Part shown: positions 60,901 to 64,000 of the stretch, one piece after another
Numbering within the stretch: the stretch's first letter is position 1
Layout: every line of letters starts with the position of its first letter
The notes under the pieces: generated by a model
Databases searched by the model: none
Seen by the model: the letters and a program-made list of their open reading frames with translations, nothing else
What the model was told of the DNA's origin: nothing
Source: an uncultured delta proteobacterium
GTDB lineage: Bacteria > Desulfobacterota > Binatia > UBA9968
DNA: 64,000 bases
Direction: 5' to 3'
NCBI GenBank assembly: GCA_963745035.1
Contig: CAVUVW010000016.1
Location: 128,001-192,000, forward strand
Made by a program: the position numbers and the translations under genes

Positions 60901-61776
60901 GAAGGTTTATTGCGTCCCGATTTGAACTTCTTGGAGCAAAGCAAGGCGCCGACCAAGCGCGACGAGACCATTGTCGTCATCAGGGGCGATCGCACTCAAG
61001 GGCAAACGGCGCAGGCCGGTGCCGAGAACAACGGCGCAAAGGAAGACAGCGATCTGTTTAACAATCTCACCCTGGACCTGGCGATGCGTGCCCCTGGGAA
61101 TCTATTGGTGCGCCACCCGGATCTCACCGCCGAACTTTCCGGCGACATCAAAGTTTCAAAGGCGCGACAGCGAAATATCGATATAAGCGGCCACGTCGAT
61201 GTCGTGCGGGGCTCTTTCGCTTTTCAAGGGCGTCGATTTCAATTAGTTCGCGGCAGGGCGGCGTTTACCGGCGGCGACAAAATCAATCCGTCGCTCGATA
61301 TTGTTGCGCAATATAAGGTGCCCAACTACCAAGTGGAGGTCCATATTTCAGGGTCAGCGGAAAAACCGAATTTGACTCTGACGAGCCAACCTCCCTTGGA
61401 GCAAGCCGACGTTCTCGCGTTGATTCTGTTTGGCAAGCCGCTCAATAGCTTGAGCCAAAATGAACAGGCCTCGTTACAGCAAAGCGCAGTCAATCTGGCG
61501 AGCGGCTTCATTGCCGCAAGCATCGCTAAGTCGGTTGCCAACGCGCTCGGACTGGAAAGTTTGGGGTTCGATGAGCTCGACTTTAGCGGCGACCGCGTCG
61601 GTTTGGGCCGCTATATCGGCTCCAGGACTCACGTTTCGGCCTCCCAACAGCTCACCGAAGAACACCGACAAGAGGTCACTCTAGAATATGAGATCGCTCC
61701 CAATTGGAAGATCGGCACGACTACAACGAGCACCGGCGACAGCGGCATCGATATTATTTGGCATAAAAGATACTAG
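57973..61776 (+). CDS. tamB: Translocation and assembly module TamB (DUF490)
   Basis: N-terminal TM anchor, long beta-taco repeats, C-term NP.LDI, SQPPL.Q.D.L..ILFG, GRYI, W.KRY. Confidence 0.88.
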   Translation: MDRLRRIIKWFFVGAAVLLFLVVAAVVIYTRSEHFTRWLREEAVAAVNSAIRGSISIERLEGSVWRDVTLHNVALSYENVEVLTIPRVAISFSLWRLLWRELRISQIDGLKPRADLRQDDEGSWNVVEALAPRQPEPEQSSAFTTVVRSLRLREAGIDLRIAGKQEKLYRARNLNLEAGLGLLPGGVSLEIRELASGLASEGLPNLNLKGALDYRQLTGAPPTFKFNDLWAVSHNSRIKLDGEIVQGGVLQVKARARIDKLAPADLAYFVSDWPLRRDLAGEFNVTGALDDLHGNVTLTGAGAKLLARLRANVEQSPPRYSATLTIAGFDLRQWLAQKDLAGVVAGNLEARGNGFALNDIAAKTDFEVRSAEIQGWTLGNVALQGRLEKSVAVVDGRLDGKAGAANWSGKIGLQGKRPTYEAAIALKDFDPGAASGDSSALKGKLNLQGTVEGAGLSLAEMNTRADVRVLPSSVGSINVTDGRVEAALRDRRLAIARASLRTAESILTVNGELGIDRGSAGKVVYRFQSADVAPWLQLANHKGSGSINVAGQARGNLADIETQGMIQVAGLKAAGVAVKNGDVNYTLRGAADGTFPEGVVTLKVTDFDAGLALRRLDGRATLARTPAQSIDLDFTAQDRADRKHALKGQLSFAPEGAVLRVNQLSATAPDGAWRLVRPATLSQRGDTFVIEQLSLRNGERAINLDGQLGFAGKQDLRLEVDRLPLETLSAFMSQPPKMSGVINMTARISGTAAAPEITSSLKLSDPTIAGQAYAGAMAEIHYRERAAAIRMTVQQDTTHSLTANGTLPYVLSWHEKFRVEPAEGMDIRVQSDGLSIAFLNAFAGKAVGNVRGDIALDVRAQGSIKQPDFRGTFRLRDGSLKVVPLNVDVNALTISGGLDSGQLIVSDISAKAKDGEIRGNGSLALKQFDVSAVKLSLTAQRWPAIDTVRYQIRIGGKVDVEGSLLAPAVKGQVVITEGLLRPDLNFLEQSKAPTKRDETIVVIRGDRTQGQTAQAGAENNGAKEDSDLFNNLTLDLAMRAPGNLLVRHPDLTAELSGDIKVSKARQRNIDISGHVDVVRGSFAFQGRRFQLVRGRAAFTGGDKINPSLDIVAQYKVPNYQVEVHISGSAEKPNLTLTSQPPLEQADVLALILFGKPLNSLSQNEQASLQQSAVNLASGFIAASIAKSVANALGLESLGFDELDFSGDRVGLGRYIGSRTHVSASQQLTEEHRQEVTLEYEIAPNWKIGTTTTSTGDSGIDIIWHKRY

Positions 61777-61782
61777 CGCCGC

Positions 61783-62367
61783 CTATTTCCTTCGCCAGCT
61801 GCCGCTTCCGTCTTGAATCCACCAGCCCGGGCGCGCCTGGTCGATCCAGCTCTTGGCGAAGATGGCTTTGATTTTCGGGATGCTGTCTTTGTCGATGTTG
61901 TTGGCTTTGGCGATCTCGGCGTAGAGCGCCTCGCGATCGCGATTCTCCGCGTCGAGCGACTGCTGCGCCTCGGCGCGCTCTTTGAGATTCAAGCCGTCGG
62001 CGTTGCGCAGCGCGAGCAGACCGTCGCGGCCGATGCCGATGTTGCCGCGGTCCATATACGGCTTGAGTGTTTCGCTGCGCTGTTTGATCGAGTCTTTCAA
62101 GGCGCGGATGGCCGGATTGGAAACATTGATATCGGCTTCCTGCGCGTGCGCCGCGCGCATCAAGCCCCATGACAGCTTCGGTGCCGGCGTGGTCGAACGG
62201 CGGCTCTGCGGCGCGGGAGTCGTCTTGTCCGCTTCAGCCGGGCCACCCCAGGTCTCCTTGACGATTTGATCGGCGGCGCGCTCGACCGCCGCGGCCGGAA
62301 AATAGATGTTCACGGTTACACAGGCGCTGTAAAAAAACACGGTCAAAAACAAAGTTCGCTTCAACAT
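61783..62367 (-). CDS. YdbL/DUF1318 family lipoprotein
   Basis: Lipobox SAC-VTVNIYFP; ENRDREALY.EIA, A.PGWWIQ..G.W. Confidence 0.85.
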   Translation of the reverse strand: MLKRTLFLTVFFYSACVTVNIYFPAAAVERAADQIVKETWGGPAEADKTTPAPQSRRSTTPAPKLSWGLMRAAHAQEADINVSNPAIRALKDSIKQRSETLKPYMDRGNIGIGRDGLLALRNADGLNLKERAEAQQSLDAENRDREALYAEIAKANNIDKDSIPKIKAIFAKSWIDQARPGWWIQDGSGSWRRK

Positions 62368-62378
62368 GCTTCCTCCCA

Positions 62379-64000
62379 TTATTGAATTTCCGGAGTGTCC
62401 GTCTGGATTCTTTCCAACCGCCGCATGAGCTCGGAAAAGGCGATGGTCTGAGTGTGGCTGACGATGTTCACGGTCGGCGGAAGAAAACTGCCGACGACCA
62501 GATATTCCTGATCGCCGCGCGTTTCCACGCCGCGCAACACCAGCCGGTCGTTTCTCAGGATCGCCTTGAAACCGAGCTTGCTGTAGCGAAAGCTATCGAA
62601 CAGGCTGGCGAGACCGCCGTACAATGCGCCGGCGCTTTGCCCGGAGCTCAAGACCGTGATCTTGTTGAGCGCCTCCACGCTGATGCGTTGTTCCTTGCCG
62701 CGATCCACCGAGCGCAAATCCGCGCCGAATTGCGCCGGCTGTCCGTCGGTGATGACCAGATCGGCCACGGTTCCTTCCAAGATGCCCGAGATGCGGCCGA
62801 ATGCAAAGGTCTTCGAAAGCTGCTCGAGGTCGATATTCGCCAACGCGGCGTCGAGCCGGATCGCCGCCAGCGGCGAGAAGGGATTGTCGATCTCCAGCTT
62901 GCTGATGCGCACCCGCCCGCCGAATACTTCGGCCTGAATTTCGCCTTTGGTCTTGAGCGTCGCGTCGGCCGACTGCACTTCCGGGATCGAGCCGGTGAGC
63001 GTCCCGCTGAAGCGCGGCCAATCGAAGGCCTCGGTGAGATCGTGAAGCTGCAGCCGATTGGTTTCGAGCGAGAAAGTCAGTTGCCTTGGCAGGCGGATAA
63101 TATCCGGCCAACGCAGCCTGCCGAGGATGATCTCGCCGCCGAAAACGGCGGCGCGCAGCGGCTCATGAAAACGGAGCTCGTTGTTAAACAGCGAAACCGC
63201 CGCCGGACTAAGCCGCGCGTCCTGGCCGCCGAAGCGGATTTTGCCGATGGTCAGGGCGCCGGGACGCGGCTCGCGGCTCGCTGTCGCGGCTTCGCCCCAA
63301 CCGATCTCGAACGGCAGCTCGAGGCCGATGGCGCTGACTTCCCAGCTACCCGCCTTGGCGCGCAGCTCCCCGCCGGTGAGAGATACGTTTCCCGCCAAGG
63401 CGAGACTTTCCGGACTGCCGTCCAACCGCGCTTGAAACGCCATGGCGCCGCCGATCGTGAGCGTGTCAAGAAACGGAAACTGGCGTTTCAGGTTCTCGCG
63501 CACAAACGCTTCGAAAAAGCCGCCCGGCGAAAAGCTCGTGCTGCGCGCCTCCAGACGCAAGCGCGGCGCTTGCGTCACCCGATCGAGGGAGCCGGCGATA
63601 TCCAGCGCGCCGACGTTGGCCAGGACGGCGTTGCAACGGCGGCATTCGAGGCGATCTTCGCCACGAAAATACTCCGCGTCGAGAGCCAACTTCGGCTTTT
63701 GCGCCTTCAGATCGGTGAAAAACTTGTGCCATAAAATTTCGCCGCTCGCCGCGGTGAGTTCGCCGCTGATGCGCGCGGAATTCTTGCCGGAGACCCACGC
63801 GATTTCAAGCGGGCCGCGCAAGCTCAAGTTCTCGCCGATCCGGCGACTGTCGGGCGAGGTGAATTTTCCGCCGCCGGCGTCGATTGCGGCGGCAACCTTC
63901 ACCGAGCCCGCCTCCGAAAAATCCACCGACCCGGTAAGGTGCGCGCGCTCGGCCGTTGCCTCCCAACGATCCTTGGCGGCGTAAGAAAGCCGCGTGGCGG
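62379..64000 (-). CDS. YdbH-like intermembrane transport protein, 5' end outside the window
   Basis: Beta-rich repeats; FGRISG.LEG, RISVEA, FRYSKLG; upstream of the ydbL-like gene. Confidence 0.7.
   Translation of the reverse strand, partial: ATRLSYAAKDRWEATAERAHLTGSVDFSEAGSVKVAAAIDAGGGKFTSPDSRRIGENLSLRGPLEIAWVSGKNSARISGELTAASGEILWHKFFTDLKAQKPKLALDAEYFRGEDRLECRRCNAVLANVGALDIAGSLDRVTQAPRLRLEARSTSFSPGGFFEAFVRENLKRQFPFLDTLTIGGAMAFQARLDGSPESLALAGNVSLTGGELRAKAGSWEVSAIGLELPFEIGWGEAATASREPRPGALTIGKIRFGGQDARLSPAAVSLFNNELRFHEPLRAAVFGGEIILGRLRWPDIIRLPRQLTFSLETNRLQLHDLTEAFDWPRFSGTLTGSIPEVQSADATLKTKGEIQAEVFGGRVRISKLEIDNPFSPLAAIRLDAALANIDLEQLSKTFAFGRISGILEGTVADLVITDGQPAQFGADLRSVDRGKEQRISVEALNKITVLSSGQSAGALYGGLASLFDSFRYSKLGFKAILRNDRLVLRGVETRGDQEYLVVGSFLPPTVNIVSHTQTIAFSELMRRLERIQTDTPEIQ

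Overview
GC-rich bacterial chromosome segment. Its gene content (many orphan SsuA/NMT1-type and TctC binding proteins, UbiD, amidohydrolases, an F420-type LLM) resembles Candidatus Binatia/Deltaproteobacteria; this is an inference. About 4.6-45 kb is an accessory uptake/catabolism island whose most striking feature is seven paralogous heme-oxygenase-like diiron (PqqC/CADD-fold) proteins in two subfamilies. They are repeatedly coupled to substrate-binding proteins and sit among a Mo-hydroxylase large subunit, a ComDE-like TPP decarboxylase, VOC proteins, amidohydrolases, GGT, two UbiD decarboxylases, a gentisate-dioxygenase-like cupin and two TTT transporters. An IS481 element sits inside a composite GTTCAA-array/REP-hairpin repeat, and a second copy of that composite at about 16.1 kb carries the same IS-end sequence without the IS. 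A third UbiD (49.6-51.1 kb) looks like phthaloyl-CoA decarboxylase. The right end is more housekeeping-like (MFS-spermidine synthase-TPR fusion, proC, tamAB, ydbL/ydbH-like). Scattered single-base frameshifts are probably long-read indel errors. No rRNA, tRNA or CRISPR array was seen. All family calls come from motif recognition, not database searches.
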